Made by a program: the position numbers and the translations under genes. Positions 47,247-60,000 of a stretch of DNA of 64,000 bases are shown piece by piece (the stretch's first letter is position 1; each line of letters begins with the position of its first letter). The stretch lies in contig NC_134029.1 in assembly GCF_964204645.1 (NCBI RefSeq), positions 18,346,950-18,410,949 of the forward strand, read 5' to 3'. Origin of the DNA: Tubulanus polymorphus (taxonomy: Eukaryota > Animalia > Nemertea). The notes beneath the pieces are model-generated. The model was not told where the DNA came from and searched no databases. It worked only from the letters and a program-made list of their open reading frames with translations.

Positions 47247-47574
47247 TAAGCCTATTTATTGCCAGTGCCACTAATAAATCTAGATCAATCCTGTTTTCCA
47301 GATAGACCTCACCAAAATTATTACAATCCATTAGTTTATCAGATTGTTCATCGTAAAATTATCTGTAGCGACTATTTGAAAATACGGATAGTACAACAAA
47401 AATTGAAGTATCTTGGTGCATTATCTTCAAAACATTTCGCGTTTCTTCTGAAATATTTAAGATTGAATAGATTATTGAGTTTCATGCACTTACACGGTTT
47501 CATTTTCAGAGGAAACATTGGGTTCGGCATTTTGTTGGTGAGAAATTTCTCCTATGAAATTTTTCATATATTTC

Positions 47575-47790
47575 GCATAGTCGCAAATAATCATGCAATT
47601 GTTAAACTGTTTTGGAGACTCCGGTGATAATACCAAAATTCATCCCTGCTACCAGATTCCTCTTGCACAAACTTGCGTCGATAACAAATAAAATGATTCT
47701 AAGTAGCGTTTCTGCAGTTTCGTCTATGTCAATTTGTTTGCATACTTTGCGATAAATAGAAAATTCAGAGAGACTCTGCGTGGTTTTTCT
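47575..47790 (+). pseudogene. Decayed GPCR 3' fragment
   Basis: TTGGAGACTCCG...GATAACAAAT...AGCGTTTCTGCAGTTTCGTC...GCATACTTTGCGATAAATAGAAAATTCAGA. Confidence 0.6.
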
Positions 47791-48882
47791 AGATTTGTGT
47801 TAACTCTTTTTGACAACACTCGTAGGTTTTTAACGTAACTGTATCTACCATCTACACGTGTATTTACATGATTATTTCAATTAATTAATTCAAAACAAAC
47901 ACATTATCCCATTCTTAGTGACAGTTAGAAATAAAGTACACAGTAAACAAATTATTTCTTCAAAAAATGGACGATGAGTTCGATTTACAAGAGAAAAATG
48001 TACTACCGCAAAGATTTCTCATCTTCAGCAAGAATGACCGTGTCTTTCGCGTAAAGAATAATAAGTAAATTAAGTTAAGTCCCTTAAAGTTCTGGATCAC
48101 AATTCAAATTCAGTTTTTTGTTAAACGACTTAGTTGATTTACCGCACGTAAGAAAGAAGTCTTCAATATCGTTTAGAAATAAGGAAAATACAATAGGTGA
48201 TAAATTTTCATCTTGTTTAACCCTCTATCTGCAGCAAAATAGTGTAACGTGTTACCGTTAAAGCTTAACACATGATTTGACCGAGAAATAGATCAATGTT
48301 ATTAACTATGTATAAGAAATTCTCCGTAATCCTACTATCTATCAATTTTTATCATGTTACACGACAGACCAAACCGGAAGTCGACGACAGTTCTTAGTGT
48401 ACAAATGTGATCAGTAGTTGAATATTTAACAAAATATAAAAGAAAAGCAACAATGAGTGCCGTACACTGCAAAACTAAGAATACAAGAATATGGATGAAA
48501 TACACTCGTATCATCATACAATAGTCGAACATCAGAAGAAATATCGAGGCAAATTAAGAATTTATGAATATTGAAGAATGTTTGAAGATATCCTGTATAG
48601 ATAGCCTTTGAATAGCCTGTATAAAGTAAGTGGTTTTTACTCGTTTACATTATAACTGGAATTTGAGCCAACATTTTTTTCAACAAAATCATTCGAAATT
48701 GGATAAGATATACTTGCTTGATGCTTTTCATTTTTTTTTCTCTCAAACATGTAATAAGTATATATGACACTGCAGAAACTCTAAACTCACTATAATAGTA
48801 GTGCATCTACTCGATCACTCGATATCAATTTCGGTCTGTTTTGACTGAAGTGTATAGCTATATATAATATAGATTTCTAGTT

Positions 48883-49866
48883 ATGCCAAACCTGTCAACG
48901 CCCGACCAGTGTGATTCTTACTCAATGTTATCTTCAGTTGTCAGGTATTATGTCGAAGTTTACGTTGTACCCCCGCTACTTACTATGGGTCTCGTATTGA
49001 ACGGGATTTCTTTTGCAGTTTTCTACAAACAGAAATTAAATAACCGCTGTTATCACCTGCTCAAGTGTTTGGCTGTTGTCGATTCTTCGTTTCTAGTCAT
49101 TGGATTTTTCCAAGGCCCAGTTCGTTACGTCATCGGTTTTAATGTTCTCGGAAAGATTATCTTTCGAGTCGGCAGTTTTTCGGTGATGCCTCGAATTTTT
49201 CTGGGTCTTGTTCTATTTTCTAAGAGCACTCTTGCTTTGCGCAACTGGTTGAATGTAGTAATACCCCTCGAGCGCCTGATCACAATTAGTCTTTATTTCA
49301 AAGCGAGAAATTGGAAAAATTCGCATATTGACCTGGCCTTAGCACTTCTAACTTTACACTCTATCGTTTTGAATTCATACTACCTTTTCACTCGTGAGGT
49401 TGGAACAACCACAAATTACAAATGTGTTCCACTTGTAAGAGCTTTACCGCCTACAAATATCAAACTTTACAGAGTTCTGAATAACGTTGTTAATCCAATT
49501 CTATTTGTTATGCTGCCAACTAATCTGGTTCTATTTATCAACGCTATACTTCTTATCGTGGTATCAATAAAATTAAAAGCGAGGTCGAATATTCATTCGA
49601 CTAAATCACTGACAAGTCTCGAGAAAAAGACTATCAATATGGTCATAGTTCTGGCAGTTGTATTCTTTATTTTAGAGTCTCCGAGTACGTTATCTAAATT
49701 CATACAAGCAATGAGATTCCCTTTATATAAAACGACATCAATAACAAACATAGTGATTTTCAACAGCGTTTCCGCTGTTTCGTCTTTATTGGATTCATGT
49801 GTGAATTTTTTCGCATACTATGCGATTAACCGAAAATTCCGACAAACTCTGCATGGCATTTTGTAA
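48883..49866 (+). CDS. Intronless class A GPCR, copy 4
   Basis: 327 aa ORF; upstream ~48440-48880 is homologous to ~41780-42290. Confidence 0.9.
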   Translation: MPNLSTPDQCDSYSMLSSVVRYYVEVYVVPPLLTMGLVLNGISFAVFYKQKLNNRCYHLLKCLAVVDSSFLVIGFFQGPVRYVIGFNVLGKIIFRVGSFSVMPRIFLGLVLFSKSTLALRNWLNVVIPLERLITISLYFKARNWKNSHIDLALALLTLHSIVLNSYYLFTREVGTTTNYKCVPLVRALPPTNIKLYRVLNNVVNPILFVMLPTNLVLFINAILLIVVSIKLKARSNIHSTKSLTSLEKKTINMVIVLAVVFFILESPSTLSKFIQAMRFPLYKTTSITNIVIFNSVSAVSSLLDSCVNFFAYYAINRKFRQTLHGIL

Positions 49867-50384
49867 ACTAGCAACACAAATCAGTTTTCTTTGAAATCTA
49901 ATATTTCAACTTAAGTGAGGGATCGTATCTCCAAAAATGGGTACTGCTATCGATCGGTACAAATCTATCACCACCGTTTTCTGTGCTGTATGTAGTAACC
50001 AGTCACCAGCCCAGTTGATCTTCAGAATTAGCTCAGACTGTTGTGCACTGGGTCATCATTATTGGTGTTTCAAAATAACAATTATAATTTGGAATTTTGG
50101 CTTTTATTTTGTAACTAAACATATTTCATAACTCTTATTTCACTTTTGATGAATTATGATGATTACTTTTGAGAAGGTGCACTGTCATTAATTTATCGGG
50201 GTTAGACTGGTTGCCGGTTAATTCAATTCAATAATTAATATATTCAAAACTAAAATGACTTTATTGATCCTGGATATTTACATGCGTATGTACTTATTAT
50301 CATCTTTTTTTATTGTCGACCGTATTAAGTAATATGTGTGTCGTTTTTCAAGGCGTTAATAAACTTTCAAGTTAGTTTTTTTGT

Positions 50385-50530
50385 TTCTATTTCTGGTTGT
50401 AGAAAAATGCGAAAGAAAATCCGTTCAATGCGAGACCTATTCAGAGTAGAGGAGGTACAGCATAAACTTCAGCATAATATTTACTGGTAATTACATTGAA
50501 TAAGGCTCACGCTGGATGGTTGTCGACAAG
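50385..50530 (-). pseudogene. GPCR 5' fragment
   Basis: Minus strand TATTATGCTGAAGTTTATGCTGTACCTCCTCTACT...TTGAACGGATTTTCTTTCGCATTTTTCTAC. Confidence 0.6.
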
Positions 50531-50669
50531 GTTACCAAAAAGGCCTATTAGAAACGCTATTAGATTGAACTAGGCCACTATTGAAGATTCATAAATGTTT
50601 TTGCTATATGGTCGTATGTGTTTTGTTTTGAGATAATTCGTGTTCACTCACGATTCGTTCGAATTTTTA

Positions 50670-50755
50670 GTTTTAAAACCAAGAATTTATTTAATCAAAT
50701 TATAAATGGCACGACATTTCGAGCTCTCTCTTTGAGAGCATCGTCTGGTGTGTGA
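50670..50755 (-). mobile_element. Decayed Penelope pLTR with degenerate hammerhead
   Basis: Homologous to 10855-10938; core mutated (CAGACGA...GAAAT). Confidence 0.55.
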
Positions 50756-50971
50756 GTGAGTATCTTAACCCAAACAAGTCTCGCTCAGCTGTGTGTGGAA
50801 AATCAGTGGAACTTACAACGCATTGATGTTACCAGTAAATGGTTTTAAACTATCTTTAAGATAACATCTGCGCGCGTCTTTAAGGGGCACCTTTTAGTAA
50901 AAATTACCTTAGAGTAATTATCTCGTCAAATAGCTACATGAAATGCAAGTTTCAGCAGTCAGAAATAGAAG

Positions 50972-51982
50972 CTATTTTCTCGAAATATACATAGAATCTA
51001 GTAATAAACTATGTAAAATCTGCCTGAATTTCCTATTGGCCACGTAGTATGCCACCATGTTGACACATGAATCCAAGATGGGTGAAACTGTAGAAATACC
51101 GTTTAAAATCACTACATTCGTTATCGACACGACTTTGTGTAAAGGGAAACTGATTGCTTGTGTAAATTTTGATAATGCACTTGGGGACTCGAAAATCAAA
51201 AATACCACCGCCAGACCTGTGACCATATTAATAGTCTTTACATTGAGACTATTCAGTGATCTAGTCGAATGAATATTCGACCTGGCTTTTAATTTGATTG
51301 ATACCACGATAAGTAGTATAGCGTTGATAAACATAACTAAAAGTATGGGCGCCATAATAAACAGAATTGTATTCACAACGTTATTGAAGACTCTGTAAAG
51401 TTTAATATTTGTAGGTGGTAGAGCTCTTACACTTGGGACACACCAGTAATTTGTTGTTGTTCCAACTTCGCGTGTGAACAGATAGTAAGAATTTAAAACG
51501 ACAGAGCTTACCGTAACAAAAACTAGTGCTAGGTTAATTTGGTAGATTTTCCAATTCGTCGCTTCGAAATAAAGAGTTATAGTGACCAGGCGTTCGAGAG
51601 GTATGATTACGTTTAGCCAATTTCGTAGGGCAATAGCAGTTTGGCTAAAAACGACTAGACTGAGAACGATACGAGGCATCACCGAAAAACTGCCGACTCG
51701 AAAGATAACCTTACCGAGAACTTTAAAACCGATTAAATAACGAACTGGGCCTTGAAAAATTGCAATGACTAGAAACGAAGAATCTGCGACGGCCAAACAT
51801 TTGAGCAGATGATAGCAGCGGTTGTTGGATTTCAGCTCGTAGAAAACCGCGTAAGAAAATCCATTTAATACAAGTCCTGTAATGAGCAGAGGAGGTACAA
51901 CGTATACCTGAATATAGTATCTGATAACTGAAGATAACATTGTGTAAGATTCACACTGGTCGGACGTCGACAAGTTCTCCAT
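50972..51982 (-). CDS. Intronless class A GPCR, copy 5 (inverted)
   Basis: 336 aa ORF, paralog of the cluster. Confidence 0.9.
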   Translation of the reverse strand: MENLSTSDQCESYTMLSSVIRYYIQVYVVPPLLITGLVLNGFSYAVFYELKSNNRCYHLLKCLAVADSSFLVIAIFQGPVRYLIGFKVLGKVIFRVGSFSVMPRIVLSLVVFSQTAIALRNWLNVIIPLERLVTITLYFEATNWKIYQINLALVFVTVSSVVLNSYYLFTREVGTTTNYWCVPSVRALPPTNIKLYRVFNNVVNTILFIMAPILLVMFINAILLIVVSIKLKARSNIHSTRSLNSLNVKTINMVTGLAVVFLIFESPSALSKFTQAISFPLHKVVSITNVVILNGISTVSPILDSCVNMVAYYVANRKFRQILHSLLLDSMYISRK

Positions 51983-54048
51983 AATGTATGCCTGATTTTA
52001 AGTAACTTGCTAGAAGATTGAACGAGGTCACTATTAAAGATTCAAAATTGTCTTGCCTTTATAATCGGAGAATTTTTTTTGAGATTAAAATTATTAAGCT
52101 ATGATTCATCCGAATTTCATTTAAGAAACCGAATAGGAAACCAGAATAGGAGTTGTTTTCGAAAGCTTGATTTCTTTTACATAGGCTCTTCGTTAACTAG
52201 TTCTCACTCACCAATTTCACCAATTCTGTTTCGAATTTAGATATGGAGTACAGAGCCAGTGATGAAACCATTAGTGGAAATGATTGCCGTGCCTAGAATT
52301 ACCGGAGCTCCCATTACGCATGAGAAAATTAAGAAACTAACTCATCATGATTTTCTATCGAATCAACCATCAATTAAAATTGAAAATATACTCTCATATT
52401 TCTAACAGCCTAAATTAATTGCTAGTGTCAACTAAAATTATCTCCATCGGGAAATTTGAAATTCGTGCGTTGAATTCACTACTTTCACTATACAGTAAAC
52501 TTCATCTAATTCAGACACACGTCCTACTCGGACTTTTGATTAATTCGGACAAAAACTTCACAATATCCTTACGTATTTTACGATCCATATCCCGGTGTTT
52601 CGCTTTTCAATTTTGTATTTGTATTGGTATTTTATTTGCAATCTCATAAAGAACAAAGTAACAAATGAAGTATCACATTTGAGAAAAGATAAGAATGAGA
52701 TTGCCAGGGTCAGGAAGAATCCAGAGATTATCGAGTCGGGTCCCTGTCAATGACAAATAAAGGAAAACTGTATTTTGGCGAACTTATAAAGCCATACATT
52801 GACGAAAACCAGCGATGAGAATTTTTATTGAAAATAAGTGCAGAGCGTTTAGGATAAAATAAAGATTTATGCAGTATTTGAATAGAATTAAATATCAATA
52901 AACAGGAAAGGATGACCTATGGGTTGTGCCAAAATGGGGTATATCGAGAGTGTGTGCATTGCGTAGAATTCTTGTCCGAGTTAGGTGAGGTTTACTGCCT
53001 CCAAGTGATCTTCTCCGATCGCTGTTCTCCTGGTGAAACTTCGTTGAAGGCTTCGTTCAGTGGTTCTGTGAAATGGCTAAAATGTTGCGAACCCTGCCTA
53101 GTGCAGTCCCAATAGTAGATTCAACGTGAAAACAACGCTTTTAATATAGAAATTATTATTTTCGTAATGTTTTCTATTCTCAATTGTTTTTCTCCAAAAT
53201 GTATAGAAATAATTTCGTAACACAAATCAACATGGATAAGGAAAGATAAACGATCATATACATGAATAAATAAATACAAGTATGAATACATATATACCTT
53301 GAATATATCTGAGTTAATATCTAAAATAAAAGTATACGGTGCTGCAATTGCATTTTCGTTAAAAAACAATTAGAAGCCGATTCATCGGATTTATAGGGGC
53401 TAGAATGATATATGATTGGGTATTTTTTCTATTTCTGATTAAATCGTTTTTTAGATTGACCGAAAAAATACATCGCACTGGTTTTTGGAGGGGTACCGGC
53501 CAACGTGGCATTCGATGATTAAGCTAGGGTCAGCCAGGTTTGCTAGTAATCAACTCAAATATGCGCGCTTCAATTTCTTCTTCACTCGGTTCTTATCGAA
53601 CCGAATTTTCTCAGCAAAATCAGCAAATTATCTTTAAGTGTTATCTTCTTTTGCGGCTGGTATAATAAATCTTTCGAAAGGCTGAAAATAAAGTCCAGTT
53701 CGAGTTTATTGAATTTTGTCTACGTTAGTTTATCGATTGTTTGTAGCGCCATCTGGTGTTGTACCGGTAACCCCATTGAGATATATTCATTTCCGCAATT
53801 TCTACATTTTTAAACAATACTAGACTGTATCGAATTTCAATAGATCAACATTATTAGTTTTAGTTAATGAACGATCCCGTCGTAATCTGGTTTCACATAA
53901 AAAGAGATGCGGATACAAAGATATTTTAAAAAGTTAAATTTATAAAAATACTAAAATTTCACATTCTCTTAAATAGGTTTTTTTAATAATTGAATTCACT
54001 GGCGGCTGTACATGTAGAGTTGGTTTCACCACTGTTTATAAACGATCG

Positions 54049-57000
54049 TCACATCCTAAAAATCGGCTCCTACTCGATGGTCCAGCTGATCAGGGCTCTT
54101 TTTACGAATCTCAATTATTGCAGTCAGGGCCTCGTTTACCTCTGGCTTGATATTTCCCTGAATTAAAATGACAATATGGATTACAATTATGGGTCTGACC
54201 ATGGACTCTAAAACGAACTGGTTTCCCGTTGTTATCAGCTCTGTGTATTACCAGAAATGAAAACACCATTGTTTTAGCGAAATAGGACACACTGACTGAA
54301 ATCGCAATTCAATTTTTCCCAAAATGCTCATAATCAGGATAAACCTTTGCGTTACGATAACGATTGACTAAATAGTTACCTGAACAGCATCGAGTAAATG
54401 ACTTCTGTATACATCGATAATTTCTTTGTGTTTGGTATCGTGATCCTAAAAAATAAACAACTTTTGAATTCAACTCGTTCAACAAATGAAATACAAAATG
54501 TAAGTTCAAGTACATACGAAAAGGGACTCATTGCTTTCGCATGTGTGCACTTGTGTATAAGATTTTAAAAATATATACATGTACTGCATGAAAACATTTC
54601 AGGAATGAACTCCATCGATACTTACTACGAGTTGTTCTTGTAGTACCTGTACTTGTTTCTCTACTGAATCGCCATCTTTCGGATAGGCCGATGATTCCAT
54701 TGAGATAAATGTCGGAGATTGAGCCGTTCTGGAAACTAGTTCAGCCGTTACGATATCCATCGATAAACTTCTGTTATTATTACACTCACTGTTTAGTTTG
54801 TGTAACAATTCCGTATTTTGTTCGCGTATATCTCTATTCAGTAGTTCTAACTTCGCGTATTTCTCCGATAATTCGCTATTTCCGCGTTCCAATTCTTCAC
54901 ACTTAAGTTGGAATTGTTCTAATTGTTCAATAAGTTCATCGCTTTGTTGAACGAGGCCGTCTCCGGATTCTTCAACTTTTTGGCAATAATCTTCTAGCGA
55001 GTTCAGTTTTTCGTTGAGTTGCTTGATTTCCTCGATATACTCTTCTTCCTTTTTATCAAATACTTTGCTACTATCTCGTAGTGGAATTTCTTGTGAATTA
55101 CCCGCCAATTGTCTCAATTCAAGTATTTCTCGTTGGGCTTTGTCAACATATTCTTGCAGATCTCGATTTTCTTGTTCTAAAGCGGTTCTTTCGTTTTCAA
55201 GTTTATCCAATTCGGATTTATGCCTGTCAGAATCTTTGGAGGCTTTCTTCTCCTCCAATTCGAAATTAATCTTTTCAAGGGCATCAACTTCTTCGGCTAA
55301 AACATCCTTTTCTCTCAACAAACTCTTCATACGTTGTGTCAATTCAGTTATTTCATCTTCGAGTTTCAGTTTATCCTCTTCTTTTGCCTCATTTTCTTTC
55401 TGTAAATTCACCAATTCGTGATTTAGAATCGTTACTTTGTCTTCTAGATTTTTATAATCACCGTTAGTGACAGTGATGTCAACGTTATTTGAAGATTGGT
55501 CATTTAATTTCATCTTTACTAAATCTAGCTCTTCTTGTAGCATATCGTAATCCTTCACCAGCGATGACAATTCAGTACTGATTTTCTCGTTATTGGCCTG
55601 CAGTTGATCGTTTTCCTCTTGTAAATCGAACATGTCGTCTTGAACGTCGTTATAGTTTTGAGCTCGCTGCTGGAGTTCAGAATTCAACCGCTGTAAATCT
55701 TCGCATTCCATACGTAATGCCTGCAATTCTTCGTTCTCCTCTTCCATTCGTGGAATTTGCGCTGACACATTTTGAACGTTTTCCATCGTGATAACTTCTA
55801 TATCATCGTCGACTTTATTCAGGTCATCCACCTTCTCTAGAAGTTGTTCGTTCTTCATATTCAACTCAGAATACTCAACATTTAGTTTCTGAAGCTGCTC
55901 TGTCAACAACCGTGACTCCTCTTCTTGCGACTTAACGAGCTGTTCATTGGATGTTTTAAGGCTGGTCACCTCTTTTTTAAGTGATTTATTTGAAGATTTC
56001 AACTGCGTACACTCAGCATTGACCTTGGCGAATTGAGCCGTCAATTCATTAACATATTTCTTCTTTTCCTCGTCGAGCTTTTCATTGGTAGACACTAAAT
56101 TACGAATCTCTTCTTTGAGTGTTAGATTTTTGGTTTGCAATTCTGTGCACTCATCATCCAAGTTTTCGATCTGTTTTTGCAAGTCAGACTTTTCAGAAAT
56201 GATTACATCGTTTTCACTTTCTAACTCATTTATAATAGTTTTCAACTGCTTTGCCTCTATTTCAGCAGTTTGTTTATTCAATTCTAATTGTGTGAACTCA
56301 TCTCGTAGATTTTCATACTGCACCTGTAGTTGAGAATGATCTTTTAACAACGCGTCTCGAGTCCCTTTCTCAGCTTCAAAATCAAAAGATATTATTTTCA
56401 GTTTCTCGATTTCCTGTTTTAAGTTGGCATTTGATACTTTCATTTCAGATATTTCTTCTGTCAAACGACTTGATCGCTCAAATGAATCCTCTTTTTCTCT
56501 TTCCAATAATTCAATTTTATTCTTGCCAATCATCATTTCATTTCGAAGGTTTTTGTTTTCATCTATTAATTGTTCTCGCTGTCCATCTGAGAACAATAGC
56601 TGTGTTTGTATTCCCTCTACGTGATCACGGCGATCATTTTCCAAGATGTTATTTGCTTCCTTCAACTTTTGAATCTCACTGTACTTTTCTTCGAGTTCTT
56701 CATCAAGCGCATCGTTTCGCTCTTCAACTGCTTTCACTTTCGATTCCAATCCTTCGCGTGTCTTTTCCAGTTCATCGATCCTTCGATTATAAGTCTTTAT
56801 TTCTTCGAGAAGATTGCTATTTTCGAGCTCAGCTTTTTCAATCTGGACACCAGATAATTCGAGTTTTACTTCAGCATCTTTAACAAACATAGATCGATCC
56901 TTTTCTAAATCTTCTTTTTCAGTTTGTAGATTTTCGAGTTCATTTTGTAATACACGCTTGGCTGACGTTGCTGCGGCATAATCATCTTTAAGTTTATTTA

Positions 57001-60000
57001 CTTGTTGATGCAGAATCTTACAATTTTCTTCGAGTTTTTGGATCTTTGAGTTTTTCTCGGTAAGATCTTTCCTCAAGTTAATATTCGCGATTTTGGTATT
57101 TTCTGACCCACTATCAACCAACATTCGTTGGGTGGCGTTGAGCTTTTCCTCTTCTAATTTGCTAATTTTCTTTTTCAAAACGATAAGTTTTGCTTCAGTT
57201 TCAATTTTCGATTTCTCAAATTCAATGCACGAATCGTTCAATTGAGAAACACGATCCGCTAGATTATCACTACTTTTTTCCAATTCGTCGATTCGTGCAT
57301 TTTTCTCGATCATTTCACTTTCAAGTAGCATTTTTTTATCGTACAATTCTTCAACTTGAGCGTCAGCTTCCGCAAGATCACGTTCCAGATCTTCCTTTTC
57401 CATCTGAAGCTCGGAGTTTTCCATTTTACAATTTCCGAGCTCTTCAACAAGATCTCTCACTTCATTGAAATTTGCTTCATTACAATCAGCAAACTCATCT
57501 ATTCTTCTCAACTGCTGAATTCTATCTTCTTCCAGCTCTGAAATCCGTTTCTTTAGGTAAGAGACTTCATCATTATTAGTTTCTATTTTCCCATCAGTAT
57601 TCTTACCCCGTAGCTCTTCTAATTCGTTTTCCAATTGTTCTTTTCCATCAAGCAGCTCGTCACACTTTTGCATCAAACTTGTCACTTCATTTTCTAATTC
57701 GGCCCGCTCTTCGTTCGAAGCCGACAACTTTCCTTCTAATTCTCTAACAATCATTTCACTATTCTCACTATATTCCAGTGTTTTGCTTTTTTCGTCATTA
57801 AATTCAGACAGCTGTTCGATGTATTCAGAATTCTCTCTTTGAAGAACCTCCATTAAATTTTTCATGACTTCTATCTCTTCATCAACACTCGTCTTTTCTT
57901 TCTTCAGGATCTTCATCTGCTTTTTAGCCTCTTTAACTTTTTCTCTTTCTTCTTTAAGCCTCGTTTCGTACTTTGACGTCATACCTTCTATTTGTCTTTC
58001 GAGCTCATCTTTGTCCATAGTAAGTTTCTCTACTAATGATTCGGCATCTTCGAGTTCTTTTTGCAATATATCATTTTCTGTTCCTAACTGAACTCTGCTT
58101 TTGATATCAAAATCTAATGAATCTTGCGCTTTCTGCAGCGTCGCTCCTTTTTCCTCTGTGATTCCGTTTGATTTCAATTTCCTCACTTCATCCTTCAACA
58201 ATTCAATGTCCCCTAGTAGCTTTTGATTTTCATCTGATAATGATTTTGACTCGTTTTTTTCATCATCGTGTCCTTGGTCAGTTTTCACATCTGATAATTG
58301 CGCTAACAGTTGTTTATTCTCATAATCAATTACTTCAAGCTCTTCAAGAAGCTGTTCCTGTTTTTTCATTTCGGCATTCTTTTCCTCGTCCCTTGTACGA
58401 ACCATCTTCTTGATTTGTTTTTGTAGTTTAGTCTTCTGCTTTTCAGATGTTTCCAATTGCTTCTGGATTGATTTGACATCGTTTACGAGCTGCTTTCGAT
58501 TGGTCTCTAGACTACTCAACTCGGTTTCATTATTGTTTATAACTAGTTGAAGATGTCCGGCATGGTTCTCTAGCTCGTTTTTGTACTCTAATAATTCTTC
58601 TATATCTTGTTTGTACGCGGTGTTTTCCTTTCTCAACGATTCTATAGTATTCTCGAATTTTTCCAAATTAATGTCTACTTCATTTTTCGGAGGGGCATTC
58701 TGAACGGCTGCTTTTTCCGTACTTACAATTAATTCCTCAACAATTGTTTCACCATTCGAGTAATTTTGAGGTTCATTGTTTACCTGAGAAATGTTTTCAT
58801 TTTGCACCAGTTTTTCAACGACTGGCACAGAATTTTGATCCAATATCACAGCTACATTGTCCAGTCCAACCGTTTTGTGGTATTTTAACTCCAGAAGTTC
58901 CTCTTCCAAATCGTCGTTTCGCGTTTGTAATTCGGAATTTTGACGTTTCAACGAGTTAATCTCTTGGAAGAACGCAATGACATCCATGTTTGCCGGCTGT
59001 TCATCTTGGAAGGATATTATATCCTGAATTCTTTGTTCTAAAGACACATTCTCAGCCGATAGTTTTTCCAGTTTCGCGTTGCATTGTTCTAAGTCTACTT
59101 CAAGCTGTGTCTTATTTGATTTGAGCTGTGAACTTTCGTATTCGAGCATTAACATATTTTGACTAGAATTACCAGCACACGGTGCTTTTTCCTTATTCAT
59201 ACGTTCCATAATTCGCACGTTTTCTTTCTCAAGGAATGTACTCCACTTTTTAAGGGCAATATTGTCGGCGGGTATTTGCAAACTGTTAATTTCTTCTGCG
59301 TTTATACCATACTTCTGCAATGATTTCCAGAATGGAAATAAATATCGTATATCTTACGGGTTCTACATATACGACAAACGATGAACATAATATCAGAATT
59401 TTGTCGAAACGTCAAAATCACGACCCATATTTACCTGAAATGTCTGCTGTAGTTGATCGTTTTCACGTTGTAGCGTGTGTATCTGACTTCGTAGCACGGC
59501 TATCAATCGTTTATCCAGGTAGGCCGTTTGCTTTTCAGACACATCTGCAACAGAACATACACAACATAAGATATCTGTTCCATGCCATACAGAAAAATGA
59601 TAAGTAAAATTCAGTATTTATTTATACAATTCAACGACGTTTAGAACTTGCTATGAATTCAAATTACCTGAACCACGAGTACAACGCTAGTTTAATAGTG
59701 CATGTAATGCATTAAATATTATGATATCGGTGAGGTAAGCACATCCCTGATCATATGAAATATATATTCCTCATGTATAGGCGAATACCTTGCACTTATA
59801 CGGTGTTGAGCATATTATATACTGTTATCTATATGGTCATACATGTGAATTGAAAACTCTTATCGGCTTACGATACGATAAATATACACTGATTTTATCA
59901 CCTCATTCCGTTCTGGGCAGCAAATAAAAAAACTCACTCAAAAATACTTCAAAAATATTTTTCGAGTTTGATACGAGAACCATTAAACAGGAACATATTT

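Noticed and set aside
54709-58959. Plus-strand ORFs within the coiled-coil exon
   Set aside because: Ser/Phe-rich antisense shadows of the real minus-strand CDS.
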